Assembly: GCA_964424215.1 (NCBI GenBank)
Contig: CAYRIE010000001.1
Location: 1-50,921, forward strand
Reading direction: 5' to 3'
Length of the DNA stretch: 50,921 nucleotides
Source of the DNA: an uncultured Pseudobdellovibrionaceae bacterium
GTDB lineage: Bacteria; Bdellovibrionota; Bdellovibrionia; Bdellovibrionales; JAGQZY01
The position numbers and the translations under genes are program-made. A model generated the notes under the pieces. That model made no database searches and was not told the origin of the DNA. It was given only the letters and a program-made list of their open reading frames with translations. Shown here in pieces: positions 43,525 through 50,921 of this stretch. How positions within the stretch are numbered: position 1 is the first letter of the stretch; every line of letters begins with the position of its first letter.

Positions 43525-44830
43525 TTACGCCTCCGACGCTGTCGCGTCCCATACAAGTGTATTTAAAACCCATGGCCTTCATATGGGCAGGATCCAAAAC
43601 ATTGCGCCCATCCAGCACCACAGGTGTTTTAAGTGCTTCCCTAAGCTGAAGAAGGGGCGGGTTTTGAAACTCGTTCCACTCCGTTAAGATCACCAGAGCA
43701 TGTGCGCCCTGGGCCGCTGCCATTTTATCATTCATCAAAGTGAACTTATCACCCATAAGAGCCTGAGCGTTTGGGCCTGCCACCGGATCGTACGCTCTGA
43801 CTTGGGCCCCGGCATGGTGGAGCTGATCTATAAGCACCAGCGAGGGAGCCTCGCGCATATCATCCGTGCGCGGCTTAAAGCTCAGGCCCCAGATCGCAAT
43901 GCTCTTGCCTTCAAGCTCTCCTAGCAGCTTCTTGAGTTTTTCAAAAGGCATGCGCTTTTGATCTTCATTCACCTGGTAGGCCGCCTCAACGATATTCATA
44001 GGAGACCTGTTGCTGTTTCCAAGCTGAATCAACTCGCGAATGTCTTTGGGAAAACAGCTGCCGCCAAAACCTACGCCGGGATAAAAGAACTTTGGATTGA
44101 TGCGGCTGTCAGAGGTGAAGCCCTTCCGCACCTGATCGATATCGGCACCCACTTGGTCAGCAAGACGCGCCAGCTCGTTGATGAAGCTGATCTTAAGCGA
44201 CAAAAAGGCGTTGGCAGCGTACTTGGTGAGTTCCGCCGAAGTGTTGTCCATTACAAAAATCGGGTGACCGTTTTTAACAAACGGGCTGTAAAGCTCCTGC
44301 ATCACCTGGGCAGCCTTTTCGCTCTGACATCCGATCACAACGCGGTCGGGCCTGAGGAAATCGTCAATGGCCGTGCCCTCTTTGAGAAATTCCGGATTGT
44401 TGATCACTTCGATAGGGTGGGGGGAGCCCTTTTCAAATATTTCCATAACGGTCTTATGGGTTCCCACCGGTACGGTGCTTTTGAGCACCACATACTTGGG
44501 GCCATCTGCGGCCCGGGCGATCTGCTCAACCACCTGCAAAGTCGGCTCAAGATCGGCATGACCATCGGCGCGAGAGGGAGTTCCCACCGCAATAAATATG
44601 ATTTCACTCTCTTTAACTGCTAAATCAAGATCCGTAGTGAACACCAATCGGTCCTTGGCCGTTTCCAGGATGTTCTCAAGGCCCGGCTCATAGATGGGGA
44701 CCTCACCACGCTGGAGCCTTTCGATCTTAGAGCTGTCCTTGTCGACACAGTGAACTTTATGTCCCGCGTCAGCAAAGCCCACTCCGGCCACTAGCCCTAC
44801 GTAACCTGTACCGACCACGGCAATTTTCAT
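43517..44830 (-). CDS. ugd: UDP-glucose 6-dehydrogenase
   Basis: MKIAVVGTGYVGLV N-terminus, catalytic region GFGGSCFPKD, 437 aa. 8 nt overlap with uxs. Confidence 0.9.
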   Translation of the reverse strand: MKIAVVGTGYVGLVAGVGFADAGHKVHCVDKDSSKIERLQRGEVPIYEPGLENILETAKDRLVFTTDLDLAVKESEIIFIAVGTPSRADGHADLEPTLQVVEQIARAADGPKYVVLKSTVPVGTHKTVMEIFEKGSPHPIEVINNPEFLKEGTAIDDFLRPDRVVIGCQSEKAAQVMQELYSPFVKNGHPIFVMDNTSAELTKYAANAFLSLKISFINELARLADQVGADIDQVRKGFTSDSRINPKFFYPGVGFGGSCFPKDIRELIQLGNSNRSPMNIVEAAYQVNEDQKRMPFEKLKKLLGELEGKSIAIWGLSFKPRTDDMREAPSLVLIDQLHHAGAQVRAYDPVAGPNAQALMGDKFTLMNDKMAAAQGAHALVILTEWNEFQNPPLLQLREALKTPVVLDGRNVLDPAHMKAMGFKYTCMGRDSVGGVNG

Positions 44831-44893
44831 GAGGCTCCAACCTTGTTATCAAGTATCTTAAAAGGTAAATATTGAATTTTATGTTGGGTTACC

Positions 44894-45856
44894 ATGAGCA
44901 AAAATGCAAAACAAGTCGTTATCACCGCCCTCAAAATAGGGCTGGCTCTGGGGCTTATACTCTGGCTGGTCGCCAAGGGTGTGCTGGATTTGGGTTCGCT
45001 TCAGCGGATCTTCAGTTGGCCTCTGGCACTAGCAGGTCTGACTCTGCTCGGCCTCACGCTGGCGCTGAACAACACACGTTGGTGGCTGCTGCTTAAAAGC
45101 CAAAACTTTCACCACCCTTGGTCCTTTGTTTTCTCCCTGACCCTTATCGGAAACTTTTTTAACTTTGCTATCCCTGGCGGAGTGGGCGGCGACTTTGTCA
45201 AAGGCTACTACTTACTGAGGGGCCAGAAGCAGGGGAGTCTTAAGGCAGCTAGCTCCATTTTGCTCGACCGCGCACTGGGGTTTTATGTGTTGTTCTTGCT
45301 CGCCTACGTAGCTCTTCTTTTGGCTCCCGATGTGAGAGCGCAGATGCTCTCCATCTTTCAGATCACAACTGTGCTGTTTTGGTCATTCACCTTGGGCGGT
45401 GCACTTTTTGTTTTTAGACCCAATCTTTTCGTAAGCATCACGGGGCGACTGGGCCGCCTAAGCCCTCGGCTCACACCTCTTGCGACCGTGATTCAGGACT
45501 GGGCCGCAGCCCGCAGCACACTTTTTGCCGCTCTCCTCTTAAGCATTCTTTGTCAGTGTTTGCAGGTTCTGGTGGTTCTTCTCACCGGATTAGCACTTGG
45601 GGCAGATATTCCCATTCTAGTTTACTTTTTGCTTGTGCCTCTAGCCTCTGCCACCACGGTTCTTCCCATCTCGCCAGCGGGGGTGGGAGTGGGGCAGGCA
45701 GCAGCGTACTTTCTTTTCAATCTGTACTCTCCAGAGGCTGCCGCCGTCGGTCCGCTAGGTTTTACGGTTTTGCAGGCCAGTCTTTTGGCATGGGGCCTCG
45801 GGGGTGCTATGCTCTACGTTCGACAAAAACGCCTACCAATTGAGGCCCTACCTTGA
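44894..45856 (+). CDS. UPF0104 / lysylphosphatidylglycerol-synthase-TM-region-like (flippase-like) membrane protein
   Basis: 320 aa polytopic membrane protein with a PGGVGGDFVKGYYL motif and a second PAGVGVGQ motif, both typical of the family. Confidence 0.6.
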   Translation: MSKNAKQVVITALKIGLALGLILWLVAKGVLDLGSLQRIFSWPLALAGLTLLGLTLALNNTRWWLLLKSQNFHHPWSFVFSLTLIGNFFNFAIPGGVGGDFVKGYYLLRGQKQGSLKAASSILLDRALGFYVLFLLAYVALLLAPDVRAQMLSIFQITTVLFWSFTLGGALFVFRPNLFVSITGRLGRLSPRLTPLATVIQDWAAARSTLFAALLLSILCQCLQVLVVLLTGLALGADIPILVYFLLVPLASATTVLPISPAGVGVGQAAAYFLFNLYSPEAAAVGPLGFTVLQASLLAWGLGGAMLYVRQKRLPIEALP

Positions 45857-47199
45857 TGGATTCACGCACGCGCATGCTCAAAGCCACGGTCTCTAAGCTC
45901 CACCGCCGCGGGGCTGAGGGGAACATTCGGCGCATCCTTGAGCGCACCCACACGGCTGATGCCGCCTCCCTGCTGGAGAATCTGAACACTGAGCTTCGGC
46001 TGACCGTGTTTTCCCTTCTAAGTGACCATCAGCAAAAAGCCGACGTGATCTCTTATCTTAAAGAGACCACCCAAGAGGAAGTCTTAAGCGTTCTAACCAC
46101 CGGTGAGGTTCGTGAGATCGTCAGCCTGATGGACCGCGATGATGCGGCCGATCTGCTCAGGCGGCTTCCAGAGGAAACTTCCAAGGCCATCCTCAACTCC
46201 ATGGTGACCACCCACTCCAAGGAAGTGGAAGAGCTGATGGCCTATCCCGAGGGGACGGCAGGCTCCATGATGAGCTCAGAGATCATAGCACTTGCTGAAA
46301 ACCTAACGGTGGGGGAGGCGATCTCAGCCATCCAGCGCGAAGAGGACGATCAAGTCGCCTTTTACATCTACGTCGTCAACAAAAGAGAGCAGCTCGTGGG
46401 AGTGCTCAGTCTCAAGCAGCTGATCTTATCTCGGCCCAGCCAGATGCTAAGAGACATCATGTCCACAGACGTGATCAGCGTTCAGCTGACCACGAGTGCC
46501 ACCGAGGTGGCCCACGTCGTAGAAAAGTACGACTTTCTCTCCCTTCCCGTAGTGGACACCGAACACAAACTCATGGGGCTGATCACCGTAGATGACGTCA
46601 TAGATGTCATCAGGGAGGAGGCCACCGAGGACTTTCTCTCTATGGGACGAGCGGGCTGGTCAGGTGAGACGGGACTTTGGCACCACGTGCGAGCGCGGTT
46701 TCCTTGGCTCTTGCTCGCCTATGGCACCGGAGTGCTTTGTTTTGCACTGATCTATGTGTTTTTAACCCGCGTCTCCCACCTGGACACAGCCTATTGGCTT
46801 GAGACTCTGTCTTTTATCCCGCTGCTTCTTTTCGTCAGCTCAACACTGGCTCAGCAGACGGCCACCTTCACCGTGGAGGGGCTGCGCTCAGGTCAGCTCA
46901 CCCACCGTTGGGGTGGGCATGTCGCCGTTGAGGTGGGCTTTGGCGCCCTTATGGCCCTCGTGCTGGGCGCACTGAGCTTTTCATTCTTGTGGTTTGTTGA
47001 ATCTGAAATCAGTCTGTGGCTGGCCGTGGCACTGGCGCTGCAAGCGATCCTGTCGGTTCTTCTTGGAAGCTTAATACCGCTGCTGATTCACCGTACGGGC
47101 GGTGACCCCGCGGTCAGCTCCCTTCCCTTTCTGACGGCGATAGCGGACGTTGCCGCCATCGGGCTGCTTCTGATGACGCTAAAGTTTGTACTGTTTTAG
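45853..47199 (+). CDS. mgtE: Magnesium transporter MgtE
   Basis: MgtE N-domain, tandem CBS domains (VVNKREQLVGVLSLKQLI, VVDTEHKLMGLITVDDVIDVI) and a C-terminal five-TM domain (DPAVSSLPFLTAIADV). Confidence 0.85.
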   Translation: MMDSRTRMLKATVSKLHRRGAEGNIRRILERTHTADAASLLENLNTELRLTVFSLLSDHQQKADVISYLKETTQEEVLSVLTTGEVREIVSLMDRDDAADLLRRLPEETSKAILNSMVTTHSKEVEELMAYPEGTAGSMMSSEIIALAENLTVGEAISAIQREEDDQVAFYIYVVNKREQLVGVLSLKQLILSRPSQMLRDIMSTDVISVQLTTSATEVAHVVEKYDFLSLPVVDTEHKLMGLITVDDVIDVIREEATEDFLSMGRAGWSGETGLWHHVRARFPWLLLAYGTGVLCFALIYVFLTRVSHLDTAYWLETLSFIPLLLFVSSTLAQQTATFTVEGLRSGQLTHRWGGHVAVEVGFGALMALVLGALSFSFLWFVESEISLWLAVALALQAILSVLLGSLIPLLIHRTGGDPAVSSLPFLTAIADVAAIGLLLMTLKFVLF

Positions 47200-47201
47200 T
47201 C

Positions 47202-47783
47202 ATGGAAAAAGAACGCGTTATCCTTTTAAAGCGCACCAAGTACTCAGAGGCTGACTTGATCCTGAGGGGGATCAACTCCACGGGTGCCAAGGTCCACTTG
47301 TTTGCAAGAGCCGCCCTTAAAAGCAAAAAAAGATTTGGCGGCGGCGTGCTTGAGCCGTTTCACTACGTAGAGGTTATCTACCAGCGGGGCAAGTCCGGTG
47401 AGGGGGATGGAAAGCTCAGACCCATCAACGATGCGCTTTTGATAAGAGACTTCCAAGGAGTCCGCTCAGAGTACGCCCGGCTTCAGGTGGGAATGTTCAT
47501 GCTCCAGACCGTGGATCACTGGTGCAAAGAGGGCGATCAGGACGGACGGGACCTGTTTCATCTTTTAGGGCAAAGTCTTATCGCCTTAGAAAAGGTTCAG
47601 AACATCCAAGGTCTGAGGATTCAGTTTTGGGCCAAGCTGTTATGGCTGCAGGGTGTGCTGGAAAATGCACAGGACTTTGGCCAGTTGCTCTCTCGTCCTG
47701 TGGCTGAGGCGGATCAACTGGGACTTACTCCGCGCCAGCTAGAGCCGATGGCAGGTCAGCTGGCCAGGATCCATGCTCAGTAA
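47202..47783 (+). CDS. recO: DNA repair protein RecO (short form)
   Basis: N-terminal OB-fold pattern (ERVILLKRTKYSEADLIL ... GAKVHLFARAALKSKKRFGGGVLEPFHY) and a helical C-terminal region. 193 aa. Confidence 0.7.
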   Translation: MEKERVILLKRTKYSEADLILRGINSTGAKVHLFARAALKSKKRFGGGVLEPFHYVEVIYQRGKSGEGDGKLRPINDALLIRDFQGVRSEYARLQVGMFMLQTVDHWCKEGDQDGRDLFHLLGQSLIALEKVQNIQGLRIQFWAKLLWLQGVLENAQDFGQLLSRPVAEADQLGLTPRQLEPMAGQLARIHAQ

Positions 47784-49897
47784 GAAAACCCAAACGACGT
47801 CAGTGCATTCCATTTGGAGTAGGAGTAGCTGCTCTCAGAAGCTGTGTTACGGGTGTAGCTGGTGTGCACACTCCAGGTCCAACTCTTTCCTAAGGGCTTA
47901 GTAAAGCCCAGGCCCAGCGCCGCATTCTGCTCAGACCTGGAGGAGGTGGTCTCCTCCACAGGGTCGGGCACACCGTCCGGGTAGGTAGCTAAAAAGTAAG
48001 AGCCTTGCAGGTTCCAGTGAGCTCCCCAGATCCAGGGGAAGATGTAGGCTAGAGATAAGTTGATGCGGTAGTAGGTCTGCTCCTCACCTTCGGCGGCGTT
48101 ATAGATATAACCCACTTCAGGTAGAAGGAAGCTCCCCCTCGTTCGCTGTGTGTAGTAAATGTTGGAGTACTTCAGCTCCACCTTGAAGGCGTCGGCATTG
48201 GTGGCGGGATCTGCCGTGGCCACATGAGAGTCATCGTGCCGGAGTTTCAGATGGTAGCTGCTGATCCAGTCCTCGCGCATGACCACGCTCGCTGAAAGAT
48301 CTAAGGTGGCTGAGTTTAATATGGTTTTAGTTCCTGTGCCATCTAGATTCATCAGGATGGTTTCATAGCCGGGCGTGATCTCCCACCTGGAGGGGCGCTG
48401 GCCCCACTTTCCTTTGATGGTGTAGGGAGCTGTAACAGTGAAGATGGTGGGATCGGCTTTTTGCAAATCGGCCGAGCTGGCAAGGCCTGGTTCCATGCTG
48501 TAAAGATTCAGAAAACCCAGCCGCGCAGCCCACTCAGTTTTTTCAGTGTAGTGGGGCCGGTAGCCAGCCTCCACTTGCACCAAACTTCTTAACGCCTCTG
48601 AGTCGGTCGCAAGTCCCAGATCCCTGAGCGAGTCGGAGGTGAGCAGAACGTTAGAGTCATAAATTCCGCCCAGAGCGCCAGCTAAGGACCACTTCTTGTT
48701 TCGAGTTTTGTGATAGGTTTCCAGTCGATCCGTGTAGACAAGATACTCACGGGACCTCTCTTTAAGACTGGCCTCCTGAGTGGTTTCCGTTACAGCCTGA
48801 AATCCGGCCCGAGCCGCATCCAGGTTAAGGAGTCTTAAGTTCACAAGGGCCACGTAAAAGGTCGCCGAAGGCGCCAGCTTTGAGCTCTTCAAGCCGCTGA
48901 CTTTTTCAAAGCTCTCCCGTGCAGCTATAAGATCATTCATCTGATAGTAATTAAGCCCCAGGTAGTACCAAAGCTCATCCGCCGGAACTTTGTCATGATG
49001 AACCATCCTAAGGATGGCCAGCGAAGCCACGTAACGCTCCAGTCGGTAAAGAGAGGCACCGTACTGGAAGTCATAGTCGCTTAAGCTCGGATCCAGCTTG
49101 CGGCTCTGCTCAAACTTTAAGGCAGCCTCCTCTATATTGTTTTGATGAAAGAAGGCCAGACCCTCAGCACCCAAAGCTTTGGCCTTTTCAGCCTGTGAGC
49201 GGCGAGTTGCCGCAGGTAGCATGCGGTAGGCACTGAGCCGCTCGATGCGGGCTTGCCTTTCGAGCTGCTCCTGGCGCAGCACTTCCGCACGGAGCTGACT
49301 GAGCTTGCGCTGCTCCTCTACACTCAGAGCTCGCTTTAGGAAGTGCTCATCTGCATGAACACCCTCAAGGCCTTCACCGCTTCTTCTCATCACGTTGGTG
49401 GCAAAGTCCCTCAGGCGCATTTCCTCTTCAAAGAGGGCCCGGGCCTGCGCTGCTTGCTCTGCCGTATCGAAGATCTCAATCACATGATCACCGACCTCAC
49501 TGAGGCGCAGGATAAAGGGCTTAGGCTTTAACTCCCCAGCCAAGACGATGCGTTGCAACTCTCGAAAGCCCTCTTTTTCGTCCAGCAGATTTTGCGGCGG
49601 GATATAAAACTCCGTAGCCAGCTGAGCGGCGTCATCCCAGCGAATAGAGAAGATCCCGGAAAATATAGAGCTATCGGGCGCCGTCTCCTGCAGCATGATC
49701 TGCACCAGGCGGCCCGTGTTTTTATCGCGCATCAGGATGCTAGCTGAGTCGATCGCTGCAGGGTCAAGGTTCCAGGCGCGGTAGCCATAGCGCAAATGAT
49801 AGAGTCCGGTGCGCTGATCTTCGCCGCCGTCTTGAGCGTATCCAAAGGGCGTTAGGATAAGCGCCAAAAGCATCACAGATAGGGTGTTTCGATTCAT
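47777..49897 (-). CDS. Outer-membrane protein: N-terminal domain + TPR repeats + C-terminal beta-barrel (DUF560/Slam-like candidate)
   Basis: Signal peptide (LLALILTPFGYAQ). TPR-like repeats in the middle. The C-terminal half has alternating beta-strand patterning that begins KKWSLAGALGGIYDSNVLL and ends FGFSY. Confidence 0.55.
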   Translation of the reverse strand: MNRNTLSVMLLALILTPFGYAQDGGEDQRTGLYHLRYGYRAWNLDPAAIDSASILMRDKNTGRLVQIMLQETAPDSSIFSGIFSIRWDDAAQLATEFYIPPQNLLDEKEGFRELQRIVLAGELKPKPFILRLSEVGDHVIEIFDTAEQAAQARALFEEEMRLRDFATNVMRRSGEGLEGVHADEHFLKRALSVEEQRKLSQLRAEVLRQEQLERQARIERLSAYRMLPAATRRSQAEKAKALGAEGLAFFHQNNIEEAALKFEQSRKLDPSLSDYDFQYGASLYRLERYVASLAILRMVHHDKVPADELWYYLGLNYYQMNDLIAARESFEKVSGLKSSKLAPSATFYVALVNLRLLNLDAARAGFQAVTETTQEASLKERSREYLVYTDRLETYHKTRNKKWSLAGALGGIYDSNVLLTSDSLRDLGLATDSEALRSLVQVEAGYRPHYTEKTEWAARLGFLNLYSMEPGLASSADLQKADPTIFTVTAPYTIKGKWGQRPSRWEITPGYETILMNLDGTGTKTILNSATLDLSASVVMREDWISSYHLKLRHDDSHVATADPATNADAFKVELKYSNIYYTQRTRGSFLLPEVGYIYNAAEGEEQTYYRINLSLAYIFPWIWGAHWNLQGSYFLATYPDGVPDPVEETTSSRSEQNAALGLGFTKPLGKSWTWSVHTSYTRNTASESSYSYSKWNALTSFGFSY

Positions 49898-49977
49898 GCT
49901 GAAGCCTCAAAGGTAGAAAGGTCCAAGGACCTATCGTCACTCAAAGGCTTAGCTCTTAACGAGACGTCCGAAGGGTT

Positions 49978-50921
49978 TTACTCGCCGGGAATGATTCGCA
50001 CCTTCAGATGGGCGGGGCCATCTGCAATTCTGTCCTCGCAAAAATCACAAAGAATGGGCGGGGGAAGGTGGCCTCTAACGGGCTCTTTAAGCAGAAGATC
50101 CGGCGGCCCCGTTAGGGAGCTCGTAGGAGGTGGTGCCATATCAGCTGGAGCTACCATGGTTGGTGGACTCACGCTGGCCGGCTCACGGCTCTCGCTGGAG
50201 CTATCGGGCGCTGGCGGCTGTGCACCTGCTTCAGCTTGCGACTCAGAGCCTGCTGACACCTCTGCCTGTGGGGAGGGCTCTTCACTGGGGGCTGCTGCTG
50301 AAGTGGTATCGTCAATTCCGCGAACCTCGTCCACGGGAAGATCCCTTGGAGGTGTAGGCGGCATCTGCGGTGTAGCCATGGTGCGCTGACCTGTTCGAAC
50401 CATCACGGACTGAGTAAAGTTAAAGCTTTTTCCCACAGGTTTACCCACCTCAACCTGGCCGCGAAGAGTGACCACTTCCGAAGCTTTGGTTTTAGGTGAA
50501 TAGCTCATAACAAACTGAGTGCCGCGGACTCCAGCCACAGCTGTCTCTGAGCGAATTCGAAACTGAGTGTCTGAGGATTTGTAGCTGTCCGGCGGGATGT
50601 TCGCACGAACCTTACCGTTGATAAGGTTCATAAGTGCTTTTTTCTTTTTTGAATGGATCTCACTTTCCATCGCATGGACCACAAGACGGGTGTTCGGGGA
50701 GATGTGAAGCTCCTCGCCTGCGGGAAACTGAATCGTTGCTCTGCCGCTCGAGGCTGTGGCCACGGAGCCCCCGGGGCAAATGGATGCTCCCTGGGTAACC
50801 TGGAGCCACTGGGACTTTTCAGAGTCGCTCACAAACTTGGCATCACCTTCCACATGGCTGAAGGTGCCGCAGGTAGAAGCCACCGCTTGGAGCGGTAGGG
50901 TCATAGCCAATAGCACACAGC
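49978..50921 (-). CDS. FecR-domain secreted protein with proline-rich C-terminal region (5' end beyond window)
   Basis: FecR-like segment (GDAKFVSDSEKSQWLQVTQGASICPGGSVATASSGRATIQFPAGEELHISPNTRLVV). P/S/A/E-rich low complexity follows. The frame is still open at the window edge, inside what looks like a signal-peptide h-region. Confidence 0.55.
   Translation of the reverse strand, partial: CVLLAMTLPLQAVASTCGTFSHVEGDAKFVSDSEKSQWLQVTQGASICPGGSVATASSGRATIQFPAGEELHISPNTRLVVHAMESEIHSKKKKALMNLINGKVRANIPPDSYKSSDTQFRIRSETAVAGVRGTQFVMSYSPKTKASEVVTLRGQVEVGKPVGKSFNFTQSVMVRTGQRTMATPQMPPTPPRDLPVDEVRGIDDTTSAAAPSEEPSPQAEVSAGSESQAEAGAQPPAPDSSSESREPASVSPPTMVAPADMAPPPTSSLTGPPDLLLKEPVRGHLPPPILCDFCEDRIADGPAHLKVRIIPGE

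Noticed and set aside
552-44623. Many 60-220 aa ORFs in the six-frame track lie antisense to, or out of frame with, recognisable genes. Examples: 552-776(-), 974-1354(-), 3135-3683(-), 8178-8648(-), 27090-27497(-), 28267-28689(-), 33986-34375(-), 34895-35389(-), 35658-36104(-), 37467-38042(-), 39059-39499(-), 40129-40494(+), 41167-41529(+), 43958-44623(+).
   Set aside because: Each lies entirely inside a longer ORF whose product has clear family motifs. Their translations are low-complexity or Arg/Pro/Gly-rich, as expected for shadow frames in moderately GC-rich DNA. None has a convincing RBS or domain.
49919-49932. Palindrome AGGTCC-AA-GGACCT between the FecR-domain gene and the OMP gene.
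   Set aside because: It is a 6-bp half-site with a 2-nt spacer in an 80-nt intercistronic gap. It is too short to tell apart from chance and cannot form a stable RNA hairpin.

Overview
A 50.9 kb, densely packed chromosomal window (about 49 CDS) with many 1-4 nt start/stop overlaps. I saw no rRNA, tRNA, CRISPR array, transposase or integrase. The gene content suggests a Bdellovibrio-like or Oligoflexia-type Gram-negative bacterium: GYF_2/DUF4339 proteins, a TIGR02147/DUF4423-like regulator, and an Agl-Glt-type motor cluster. This placement is inference only.

Left to right:
- alr (5' truncated), mlaE, mlaF, an MCE protein, purH, a GYF/TPR membrane protein and a lipoprotein
- a YhaM-like HD nuclease, cysE and a Nudix hydrolase
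- a divergent HAD phosphatase and phnDCE
- a small islet that looks AT-richer by eye (13.5-15.3 kb), holding a divergent mini-ORF, a perfect palindrome, a two-ORF HTH/DUF4423-like regulator and an orphan secreted protein
- a 13-gene same-strand cluster (15.46-28.7 kb), described below
- a convergent heterodimeric ABC exporter pair, and MscS
- a peripheral-arm-only nuo operon (nuoB-CD-E-F-G-I, with no A, H or J-N)
- an orphan acidic lipoprotein and a hypothetical protein
- uxs and ugd, divergent from a UPF0104 membrane protein, mgtE and recO
- a FecR-domain protein followed by a TPR/beta-barrel outer-membrane protein, at the right edge

The most interesting part is the 13-gene cluster. Its order is: a GYF-GYF-PilZ protein, a vWA lipoprotein, ExbB/TolQ, two ExbD/TolR paralogues, a large TPR protein, a TPR lipoprotein, a small secreted protein, an FHA/TonB-C-like protein, an OMP barrel, a second large TPR protein, and a secreted coiled-coil protein. 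The core resembles the Myxococcus Agl-Glt/Nfs trans-envelope motor (aglRQS-gltDEFG plus gltA/B/C-like genes). Here it is preceded by a putative c-di-GMP receptor and a putative vWA adhesin.

All family assignments come from motif recognition by eye and need profile searches to confirm.
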